A stretch of 52,334 bases of DNA. It comes from Chiloscyllium plagiosum. Lineage: Eukaryota. Of this stretch, positions 25,901 through 38,673 are shown piece by piece. Where the stretch lies: assembly GCF_004010195.1 (NCBI RefSeq), contig NC_057719.1:57392246-57444579 (forward strand), in the 5' to 3' direction. Each line of letters starts with the position of its first letter. The first letter of the stretch is position 1. The notes beneath the pieces were generated by a model that was not told where the DNA came from, did no database searches, and was given only the letters and a program-made list of their open reading frames with translations. A program made the position numbers and the translations under genes.

Positions 25901-28900
25901 GAAGGGCCTGTGCCCGAAACGTCGAATCTCCTGTTCCCTGGAGAAAATGACTGATCAGGGATAGTAGCAGAAACCATGTGTGGCTCTACCAAATTTATTA
26001 TCAGACAAAGAGGATGAAGAATTCCTGAAATGTATCTTAAAGAACTTTCTTGACCAAATGTTTCCAACCTAACAGGGAAGCACGCAATATTGACTTTAGT
26101 GCTAGGAATTAAATGCAGGTTAGAGGTGGGAAAGTATTTGGGGAAGTGATCATAATGTCATGCGAATTAAGATTAATAATGGAAAAGGACAAAAGAAAAG
26201 GGTAGACGATAGTTACCTGGATGAGCACTAACTTCACTGCATTGAAAAGGCATCTTGTGCAGGTGGACTGCAAATGGAAGAATAGTAGGCAGAACAGTAT
26301 TTGAACAATGGCAAGTTGTTGAAGAGAAGTGATTCAATGGTAAATCCATGAAAGGAGAAAAGCAATGGTGTCTAAAACTTCTAAAGTTCCCTTTGAAATC
26401 AAGGTATAGAGGTTAAAATGGAAAACAGAAAAGTTAAGAATATAGGACTCAAAATGCAGTCAAGAACCAAGTTGAATACAAAAAGAGAAAAGGAGAATAT
26501 CTCAACAAAAAGGGATAAGGAGGGAAAATGAAAAAACGTATGAGAATAAAGAAAAGCTAACGCAGAAGAAACCTAAATGCCTTTTACATACCATATAAAT
26601 ATGGTCTACGGAAAGGCGAGACTGACTCGGGACTGAAAAGGACATTTGTTGTCGAACCAAAGTGAATGCATGAGGTACTACTTGAGTACATTTTATATTT
26701 CAGTAAAGAAGGGATGTGGCAGGATTTTTTATGATAAAACAAGATAAAGGGATAGTATTTAAATGCCTGGCAGTCCTGAAAATAGAAATGTCACCAGGCC
26801 CACATGATGTGTATCCTAGATTAGTGCAGGGTGCAAGGTTGAAACAACCATACAGTTGTTCAGTGCAAGGGTTGGGTAAAACATTGTTTTAACAGTATAT
26901 TTCAGATTCGTTTTTTTTTAAACTTTTCCCTGCTGTTTGAGAGAGCTTATAAACATCCCTGTCTGGCCCTGACATTCAAGTTTGCAACGTGGTGAATATA
27001 ATTTTCAAGGTACATCAAAGAAGTTCTCCAGGTAACCTGAGCAACACTGCTGCCTTAACAAAACATCCTGTTTTTGTTTTCAGGCTAGCCCCATTCTTAG
27101 TCATACACCTGGAAGGTGACAAAAGAGAAAATAAAATGGTTAAATTTCCTTCCCCTTTATTATGATATAGAAGGCAAGACCAGAAGTAGTGATGGAAGTA
27201 GAATTCATAAGAACATTTGAAAGGGAAGTTGAGTCATTTACAAAACACACAGTTCTTGTTAAAGAAAAGTTCTGGGAAAGAGTAGGGAATAGAATTAAGG
27301 AGATAGCCCCTTCATAAAGCTAACACAGATGCCATGGATCCCATGGTACCTTTCAATTCTGCAGAACACTTATGAGTTTACAATTAACCTGAAAAACATA
27401 TTACTTTAGGCAATGAGGATGATAAACATACCACATGTTGAAAATATTCTGGAGAAAGACCTTCCAAATGAAGAATTCTATCTTCCAGCCTCTTGATTCT
27501 TTGATAAATATCAATTGGAACTGGACCATCTACAAACATACATGATTTCTATTGATTAATGGGTACTTAAGTATTAAAATCATTAGTTCCTCTAAATTTA
27601 ATCTTTCAAGTTTGGAACAACAACGAATTTCCAAGTTCATGGAACAGTAAGAATACCATGGTGAGAACCAATTCTCAACAATTACAAGAGCTCACCCAGT
27701 AGCAAGATAAAGGATACCTTGTAGGGCTAGAGATCAAATTAAAAAGGAGTATAATGCAGATGGGGGTGATAAATCCTGTTGTTATGGTCCAATTTGAAAC
27801 AAATAATATTGATTAGAATGGGGAGGAGTTTTGGGCAAACAAGAGTATCAGGGATTTGGTTCTAAATTGAAATGCAGGGTACAGAATTACTGCCCTAGTA
27901 ATATCCGAACTGCCACTAGGAAAGACAGATCAGAACAATTAGTATATGCTAAAGTGGTTTGTATGGAAAAGATGGGTTCCTTTTCATAAGACATTGGTTA
28001 CACAGTTCTGGGATGTATGGCTCTTCGTGAATCGGGATGGGACCCTTTCCTTGCAGAAAGGATAATTATTGAGATGACAAAGGCTTTGTAACGGGGGAGA
28101 TTGATGGCAAGAAAATATAGCATTACAGGACTTGCAAAATGATGGTTAAACTGAAAAGTGAGACGAAATCCCATTAACGATTGAAAGTTATTGTACAGCA
28201 ATATACTCAGTAATAACATAAGGGAGCTGGAGTCATTTGTATAACAAAAACCTAAAGAACTGCAGATGCTGGAAATCAGAAACAAAACAGAAACAGATCC
28301 CTGAAGGCAGCAAGGCATATTCATAGAGTAGTTGAGGTGCTGTACAAGATATGTCTTGATCAGTTTTTGTGCAGATTATAAAGAGCAGGGAGGTACAAAA
28401 AAAATCTTTGATTAGGCCACAGCTGCAGTACGATGTGCAGTTCCTGTCACTGCAGTATGGGAAGGATATGAACAGATTGGGGGGGTGCAGAGGAGATTCA
28501 CTGGGATGTCACCTGTAGCTATGAAGAGAAGCAGCACAAGTGTGTTTTTTTTAGAAGCAGCAGTGAAGATTGAGAGGGTTGAGACTGAGGTTCATCTGTG
28601 ATTTGCATTAAAGCAAATCGCAAAAAAAGTGAGTTCATAATAAGATGTTGAATATATTTGAGAGATTGAAAATTATAGACAAGTATATAAATATTTAATA
28701 CATACCTGGAAAAGAAATTATAATTCACTATAAAAGGAGAGATGTTTAAATGCATAAGCAAGTATATACCAAGAGTCAAATACCAATGCAAAGATAAGTG
28801 GGCAAATATAGTTAGAGTTTAAGCAGATTTGCTTCACAAATGCTATAATCTCTCACTCTATCAATACAGGTCAGGAATATTTTATCTGAAAACCTAAGGA

Positions 28901-31900
28901 CCAACCAGTTTTCAGATAGTCCATTTAGTCTGTTCGGGCCCTTCACTTAATCTGAATCGACCTGAATGTGCCCAAAAGCAAGTTTTCTTTTCCCAAATGG
29001 CTGAACTCTGTCTACAGGTCCCTGAGTTTGGGCTGTTTGGATAAAATCTTCACTTTAAGGTTCATTTGGGTTTCTTCAGGCCAAGCAAAGTTTTTTCTCC
29101 CCAAAGGGCCAAACTCAGAATGTGTACAGATTCATTCAGAACTACTTTCAAAAAGACCTTCTGGTTTTATGGCTTTTTGGATTTCAGATGTTATGGATAC
29201 AAAAAAATTTTATTCTCAAATTGTGCTAAACTTTGCTTAATAAGATTTTATGGTCTTATGAAATGTTCATAAGGTAAGCTACAACTTGTCTTAGTTAGTC
29301 ACAATGCATACAAGACATTATAAGGAAGTTCCAATTTCAGTACATTACAGGGCAAAATGTCTGGCAATTAGCACTGGTAAACAAAACCAAAACAGAACTG
29401 GTTCTAATACTAATCCAATCTCAGAGTTCTTCCAGCAGGACTAGAGGAACCAACCAAATATTCCCCTTGCAATTTATGTCTGCATATCAATTTAATTAAT
29501 TATTTTACAATCATTCCTCTGTACTCTTTATTAAGTTAGCCTTAGGAGAGGTTACAAAATGAACTACACCTGTTGGAAGCTTCAAGTGAGTTTCCATATT
29601 GTGAAGCCTCTCTTCAACAGCAGGGTTACCACAATTTTGTGTCATAGTTTCACATTTTTGCAGAGATGCTTCCACACCTTCAGTCCTTGTCTGGGGCCCA
29701 TACGTATTCACAACTCTTGAAACTGCAATAAAAACAAACAATTTTGAAAAATATAAGTAAAGTGTATAGGATATTTTTTGCTCCTTTACTATAAATGACA
29801 GTTTTCACAATGCAGCAACCACTTAAATAATCTACAACAAGCACTTCAAAGTGACTCCAAAACTCAATAGTAATTATCTACAGAATGCAACATTACATCA
29901 TTATGTGCAAATGATGCTATTTCTCTGGATTGCCAAAAGCACAGCCAGTGCTCACACTCAAGTTATAGTTCTGCAGGCTACACAGGGAATAATAATACAT
30001 AATTAGTGATAAAGTAACCTCGTTGCAATTTTTACAACACCATTTGCTTCAGGATTTGTAATGCTGAAAAATGAAAGACAATTTGTCAAAGCTTTTCATT
30101 CTGGGCTCAACATAACAATTCAGAAGAAAATCAATGTGAATGTAAACAAAAAATCTTGTGAGGAAAAGCATGCTAAATAGTAGGCAATGGACTCTGATTG
30201 ATAGGGGCATTGCCTTGAAAAATATGAGTTAAATGACGACTTACAGTTAACTATCTTGCTTGTTTAAATTTAAACTAGTCAGGGTGACTGTGACTGGTCA
30301 AAGCACTGTCTTTAGCAATGACCACATGATTGGCTGTCACCTATTTTGTTCAGGCAAGGTACATATACATGTTCTTTCTCTCTGTAAAGAACAGGGTCTG
30401 CTTTGTTAATTTGTGCAGCATTCAGTAAGTGCAAGTGCATAACATGTTTTGCAATTTGGCTTGATAAGTTCAAGATAAAAAACCTACGCAAGATGTCCTT
30501 TGTCAGTAATTCTAAGTGATTATTTATCTGTACTGCTACTGGACCAAATGGAGTACACCTCTAAAAACAATGAGAGAAATACGGCAAAAGGCCTGGTTAA
30601 TATATCTCCCTCTTATCCATAAAAACTATTAATAAAAATAACCTAATTCTGACAGTCAAATATAAATAAACTCATACATTAATCTAATGATTAGTGGAGA
30701 ACTTACCAAATTATAACAGGGTTTTTTTTTAAACACAGAAGCAGTTTATTGATGATAGTAGGAGGCCAGCGTTAGAGTAGGAGGTTGTGCATTGGAATCT
30801 CAACATACCAAGTTCTGCAAAGGAATTTAATCTGATGCCCCTGCTTTGGCTACTTTGACTAATTTATGTATTAAAAACACTTTAGTCAAGTACCTGTCAG
30901 TGAGGTAGACAAAGGGACATGAAATGCAAACAGAATTCTAATTCAATTGTATTAATAAAATATTCCTTATTAAAACACTATGTGAGCATTTCCCGAATTC
31001 CCACGATAATTATTCTCTTTCTCGCACTATCCTACTGAGAAAGGTCATTATCTGCAATAATACATATGCTTGAGCTGGGCTTTTGGAATTTCCTTTGTTT
31101 TGACAGGGGCTGGCACTCTTTCACAAAGATGGTATGCAGGAGTCAGGCTATTTTCTCTCTCTATTTCCAGATGGTTGGAGCTCTGCTGATGGGCCAGGTT
31201 GTGTCTCTGCTCAGTCTTCACTGAGGGTCTGGCATCTAGGTGTGCGGTCTTATCTCCCCTCCTTCCTAACCTTCCATAAGGTTCTGTGGCCATTAGCCAA
31301 TGGAATCATGAGCTGAGTTCAAATCATCCAATGGGATCATGCCATCAACCTTCATTGTAGCCATGCCAGGTGGTATAAAGTGCACATATTGAGGCAGCCA
31401 AGGTGTCAGAACATCTGGTCAACATTTCTCCAACACACTACACTTGGACTGGTTTTAACAGGTTTCTCTTGAACCTTTGTAACCTCTTCAATCTTGGTTC
31501 CACAGTTTTCTATAACTGCTGGCTCCTGTTTAATTTAATCTGGATAATTTTCCATCAGGCCTTAGTTCTCTAGCTGTGGGTCAATTTATAATGTCCAACT
31601 TTGGGCTGGTGGTCACTTATTACAAATACAATAGGTAAAAACCAAGAACAAAAAGAAAAAGAAAGGCTATGGAAATCATCAGATGTAAAAGCCAAACTTG
31701 TTCATAAATACCCTCCCAAGAAGGAACTCTATCACACTTGTCCACATTAGCATACATATGACTCCAGCTCTATGTCTAAAATACAACTCAATAGTTCCTG
31801 AACTGCCTAACAAATCAATTGATTGAAAAGCAACTCCAACTGGTAACTTGGATGAACAATAAATGCAGACTTTATGGCACTGGTCATATTCAAACAGTAA

Positions 31901-34900
31901 ATACTTGATTGAATTATATGTAAATACAAAATCAAATGGAAGATTGAGAAAGGTAATGTCTCACAATCAATGGGAAATTTTTTGGGCAGTTAACAAAGTT
32001 TATGGGGATGGCTCTAAGTCTGCTTAGTTTACTAGAATGAAAAGGAGGAATTGAAGGTAGAAAGCACTAAGTAGAAAATAATGATGAGATTTGTAAAAGG
32101 ACTGAAGTTCTTTGCGATACTTACATTTCCAGTCAACATGAAGCAAACATTAGATTAATCAATTATTTAGTTGTTTCAGAAGGAGATCTAATGAGTCAAT
32201 TTTGTTCAGATTGCTGAATAGGATAAATTTGAAGAACTGCCTGCAATTTAGAGCAAGCTGTCTTCAAAAGAAGATATTACTGAAAATATAATTGTTAAAA
32301 CAAGATACTAATTATGAAGACCCATTGGAAGAGGTTGAAACATTGGGCCAGATTTTCCAATGGCCTGAAAGTAGTTTCTACAACATAGATGGGAGTTGCA
32401 TGTCAGGATCCAGTGAAAACCCTGGTCTAACAGACTCCCATTTCCCAAGCAATTCATTTGAAGTTTCCAACAGGCAATTTCCTTGCATTTGGAACCCTCC
32501 TATAGAATCCATTTAAAATTGGAGAATTTGGAGAGTTCCACTGCAATTAGTAGTTAGGAAAAGTTAGACAGTCATAAACCTAGCCTGGGTAACTATTAAG
32601 CCAATCCCCAACCTAACACAAACCCACCCAGTTCAAAGTCTCCCAGTCTGTGACTTGACATCATGCCCCCTGCCCAGAGAGCCAAACTTTAACCTCCCAT
32701 GCCCCGCAGAACCTGACAGTGTCCCATTACAAGGCAGGACACCAATGGTCCTCTCCCTAACAAACCCGCAGCTCCCCCCAAATCATCCCTAACCAGGCTA
32801 ACCAATACACATCACTTACTTTGGCACCCTAACTTCATTCCTACACACCCACAACAAGTGTTGTCAAAGTGTCTCCCTCTGCAGCTCAGTATTCAAAAGT
32901 CACAGAATATGACAAATGCTGCCATGAAAAGGGGAACATGTTTCTTTCTTCCTGACTATCCAGCTCTACAAGATACTTGTTGGATTTAAAATATTCTCCA
33001 AACTGTGATTGGAATCTCTTTACCAAAAATAATTCTTGATGTCTAAAAAGAAATGGTGTAGTAATTTGCCGTGATTGTCCCTCCTTGGAAAATTCGACCC
33101 ATGATCACTTGGCTTTCTTGGATAATGAAAGCAAATAAGTTTAGATTTCAATAGCCAAAGGGATTTTCTAAGATTGTGGTGTTTCCACCTACTTCCCCCT
33201 TCCAATTCTTGATTCAAATCTTGTTTAAATGAGGTGATTCTGCAACATGTTTCTCAAATAATCTCAAAATAGGGCTTTATTCTTACCAAAAAAGACAGAG
33301 GTGTAACTTGATGGATTTCTTCAAAGGTTATGAAAAGTGTTGATTGCGCGGATGTCAGGAAGATATTCCCCGTAATGAATAAGCCCAAAACTAAGGTCCT
33401 TGTATAATATTTAGTAACTAATATACCTAATAGGAAATTCAGGAGAAAAAAACTTTAACTCAGCAAGAGCATACAGTATAGAACATCATACCACAAGGAG
33501 TAGTGAAAGCAAATAGTACCAATGTATTGAAGGAGAAGCCCCATAAAACACAGGGGAGGAAGGAATAGCAGGCCATGCCGGCCAGGTTACACGAGAATGA
33601 TAGGAGGTGACTCATCTGAAGCAGAAATATCAGTATGACTTAGTTTGAGAAAATTGTCTGTCACTGTGATTTATGTTCTATGCAAGTGCATGCAAAAACT
33701 TTACCTCTATTATGTTGCTCTGGATGATTTATTACATACAAGTGAAAAATCAATAATGACAGATGCACTCAAAATACAACGACAATTTCAAAAATGTAAT
33801 AAAAATCTACTACATTTAAACAAGTCTATAAGTGATGTAGTGACGAGATATATTCAGAGTTTTCACAGAGTCAAACATACCCAAATGTATTTTTCAGTGA
33901 ATTTACAATCATATTGAAAATACAATTCAAATTTCTTATACTGAAAGAAGAACAAACATAAATCCTTAGCTTCAAAGAGATATTAGAAAAACAAGTATCT
34001 CTACGGAATATGAAATTGGCATACCTTTTATATGACTTTTGAAACCAGGATGCGGTGTGAAGACTGCATCTGTTCTAGCACAGCTATTTTCTGTTAAACA
34101 CAGATTTATTCCAAAGATTAATTATGAAAAGAAAACAGGAATTGTACATTTCACTTTTCAAAGTAAATGAAACAGGTACAAAAGTTGACTCCAGAACAAA
34201 ATTTTTGAATTTACGTCATTAGATATGTTTTACTACATAGTAAAGGAGAATCAAATGGACAGGTTAAAAAGTTCTAAACTTAATAATATTAAGGACATCT
34301 TGTAAATTAACATATATTGGTACCTTGGTCTCCATGGTGCACTTTAGAAACTAACCTTGATTACAATTAATAACGTTGCAGAATTCACGAATGTTATTTT
34401 CATTAATCTCTGCCTGCTTTCTCTCCATGAATGCTGAAATTCGTCTTTCAATCTGAGAGAGAATAAAATTGTATGGTAAACAGTTTCACCTATTTGCACT
34501 AAAATAAGCAAACTATTCAAATAATTAAAATCAATGGACTTTAAGGAAAGTGTAACTACATCTTACTTCATCTCTGTTTGCCTTGATTTGAACCAATTCT
34601 GTATCAGTCTGGCTTTTTGGTTCATCTTGTCCTTCATACTTGTTTTGAGCATCATTTAGAAATACTTTTGTTTTTAGATTAATTGGTTTATTTGAAATTT
34701 GCTTATGGCCAGTCATTGCTAAATTGGAATAATTATCAGGTTTTGTCAGCAGCATAGTCTCTCCTCTGTTTCCACTCCCAGATAGGTCTTTTCTCGTCAT
34801 TAATTTCAGCTTATCTGAAACATACTAACAATAAATTATAGTTAGTAAACCATATTGACATTTTAGTTTAATTAATACACAGTTACGTGTTTTTTTTTGT

Positions 34901-37900
34901 TCAGCTGGGATGTTTTGACATGAGCCATTTCCAGTATGATTCTCTTTAATAAGCTACGGTTAAATAGATCAGGCTCCTATTGCCCCATATGGTTCAAGCA
35001 TTTTCTTGCCCTGTAAGGATCACCCAACTAATGCAACATGTGAGTAAATGGTAGTGCCAAAGCTCAAGAGTCAATTGATATTACTGCTGTTTAGCCAACC
35101 AGAATCAGACAGTTTCACATCACAAATTACTGATATACTTTCTATTGTTTTTAACCAGACCTCCCTAACCATGGTGTGGAGGTACCAGTGTTGGACTGGG
35201 ATGGACAAAGTCAGAAGTCACATGACACCAGGTTATAGTCCAACTTGTTGAACTATAACTTGGTGTCATATGACTTCTGACTTTGTTCCTAACCATGGGG
35301 CCTTGATTTTCACAGAATTATCTGGAGCAGTGTGTAAAGAATCCCAATGCAAGTGACAGGCTTTCACCTCCAACCCACCCCACCTCAGTGAACTAATTTA
35401 CTTGTTTAAATCATTAACAATGCCATGCACTAGCACAGGAGTATCAAATCTGCCAGTGTTGATGTTACTCCATACTTCCATAGCCTGGTTTGCGTCATTT
35501 TAACCCCAAGAAACTCTTCTCATTTGAAAAGAACTTTACAGAAAATTAATTAGACAACTCCTTTCAAAGCGGTTGAGCCTGTGTCACACATATAGCAATT
35601 ACCAAGAATTCCAGAGACACAGCAAATACAAAATATTCATTTGACACCATTTCTGTTTGAACAATAATAGCAAAACTTTACAAGCATTTGCTTAACCCTG
35701 GATACCACTTGCAAGAATCTAAATGCAAAGGTCTGCAGACACTAAAAAATAGAAACTTTTTTAAAATGCTGACTCATACTGGACTTGAAGTATTAACTGT
35801 TTCTCTCTCCACAGATGATCAGCTTAGCCAGCTTTTACTGTTTCTATTTCAGATCTGCAAGAAACATTTGTTACAAATCTCAGCCTTTCATTTATTGCAT
35901 ATGGAAGTCCAAAAGTTGAAAAATGAAGAGTGAGCTTACAGTATACCATTTAGATGAGTAATGATATAATAGCTGTTGCTGTCAGAAGTCTTTGTTCTCA
36001 GCCTCAACCCACAGAGGTCTCTGTACTCACCCTCAGATTTTTAAGAATTCATTCATAGGATGAGGACATCACTGGCAAGACCTGCATTTATTAGCCATCT
36101 CTAATTGCCCAGTTAAGAGTCAACAGCAGCTAGACTGATATGTTGACCAGACCGGGTAAGGATTGGCAGTTCCCTTCCCTCAAAAGACATTGTTGAACCA
36201 AATGGATTTTTTCAGTGATTTATTGAATTCAAATTCCACTATCTACTGTGGCAGGATTCAAACCCAAGTCCCCAGAACAATAATTGAGTCTCTGGATCAA
36301 CAATCCAGTAATATTACCACTAGGTCATTACCTCCCCCTAGATTTCTGATCAGATTTCTGACATTGCATCTGCACATCACTAATAATACTACTTTATCTT
36401 TACTTCAGATGGGCATTCATGTCCTCTTCCATCATCAATAGCGAGCAATGCTCTGGCCTGCATCATACACAATACATGGAAAGAATGTATGAATTTATTT
36501 CCACATACTACAAGATATCTTTCAATTTAATCATCTTGTAATTTAGTCACGCCATATGTAGGGCTCACTAAATTAATTTAAATACTTCCAGATAGCCATT
36601 AATATAGAGAATAATTTTCTTAAAATCAAACTTATATTTATGCTTACCTGTAAATCAAGGATATGTTGTTGGAGTAAGCTACTAAGGTGCCCTGGGTTGA
36701 GATGTGCTGGCAGACTCTGAAGCTTGCGTAGATCAATAGTAATATTTAAAACATCATCTCCAACATTAAGCTTTAATAATAGAAAGTCATTAAACAAGTT
36801 TCAAAATCACTGGTTTCCAACATCAAAGAGCAACAGACTTACTTGCAAGTCATATAAACTGAGCTAAGCAACAAAGGCAAATTTAATTGGCATCAATAGA
36901 TTGATCATTTCAAAATGTGGGCACAGTCATTCTATACTTCAATTTGCCAGCACAAAAATCATTAACAAATGCTGATTTTGCAACAATTATTTGGAGTTAT
37001 TGCCCTGTATTTCCAGATCAGACGCAATCACTACTTTTGCATCAGTGCTTTGAACACAATGCTTTTACAACAGCAATTCACCATTCAAATCCCTTCATTA
37101 TGTTTTTCACCACACACTACATAACTGACCAGGAAACTCCCACTCTTACTTCCTGCCACTTCTGTATGTCAGAACGTTACATGGGTTGAAACTCAACCTG
37201 TTTGGCCAAGTTATGAATGTTTCTTCTTTAGTCATCAAGTCCTGAAGTGGGATGTAAACTCTAAGTTTCTGCTCAGAAGCAGGGATATTATGCACTGTGC
37301 CACAAGACCATTCTCACTAAACTGCTAACCACCCACTTCTTCTCCTAGCCCCCAAATTAGGCAATGGTGTGAACAGATTTTCCAATGTGGTTCCCCATTC
37401 TTTTAAAATATATCTAATTTCTGGAACACTATGGTTGCTATTTTCAACTTTCCATTCCTCACCATAATCCTTGAATTTGTTATCACCTCCCAAATCTTTT
37501 CCCAGAAATCCAAGATTTAGAGGGCCGCTATTCAATTTTCCATTAAACCACATTAACCAAAGCAACTCTTATCCAAGTAATAAATACTGACAAAGGTAAC
37601 TATGTTTCTGTGACTTGTATGCAACCTTTGACATGGTTCTCTACACCGTGCTCCTCCGATGCTTCTCAGTCATGGCCCAGCAGGTTGGGGCTGCTCTTAT
37701 CTGGTTTTGTTCTTATCTTAAGTCAGAGAATTACTTGCAATGATGTCTCTTCCTACACCAAATATCTTGGATCCCCAAATATGTAGCCATGACATCCTGT
37801 TTATCATCTACATTTTTTCCCTTAGGTGGCAATATCCGAAGGCACAGCATTAGTTCTAAATCATAATCTGATGACACCCAACTCTACCTCACCACCACAC

Positions 37901-38625
37901 TAAACTTCACCCATTGTTAATAGACTCTCCCCCAAGAAACCCAAAAGCAGATGTTTAGGATTATCACTCCTCCAAGATACACACCATCCTGACTTGAAAC
38001 TGTTGCTGTTCCTTCACTGTTGCCTGGGTCAAAATCCTGAAACTCCATGCTAAATAGCTATGGCTATAACTCCACCCCAAAGACTGCAGCAGTTAAGAAT
38101 GCAGCTCCCCACCATTTTTTCAAGGTCAATTAAGCTCACTTTGCCAGGAACACCCATATATTAAGAAGAAATTAGAAGAAAAACAGACTCCATACCTGAC
38201 ATTAGTATTGAATATGCCACTATCTGCTTCAATTAAATATACAGTCATCAATTTTGGTCCCTGTTCCAAATTCCATTGCCTGGTGACTGACTTCATCTCT
38301 CTAAGCTAATCTATTTTCAACTTTATTGCCATGTTTGAACCAAAATGAAATTTTGACTGCATATTCATGACTACCTATATCCAAATCCATAGAATCACCG
38401 AACTTTGTCTCTTTGCCAGCTCACTTGCTGCTCAACCTTTCAAGTCTAATTATTCTAATACATACCTGGCTGGTTCCCCACATTCTACCTCTATAAACCC
38501 TCCTAAAATTCTACAGCCTGCAATTTAAGGCCAAGTGTGAAGGGGCAAAGAAGGAAGGGGAGAGGGGGCGGGTGAGGGAGGGGGAGGCTAATGGACTTGC
38601 AACAGAGATACACACACAACACACA

Positions 38626-38673
<48 letters not shown>

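Noticed and set aside
28860..29230. Possible MITE with internal ~40-nt direct repeats
   Set aside because: I could not establish convincing terminal inverted repeats or a TSD by eye.
30075..30120. Minus-strand tgttgag...gaaaagctttgac, resembling a third hammerhead-type repeat end
   Set aside because: The CUGANGA box and helix II are too degenerate to support.
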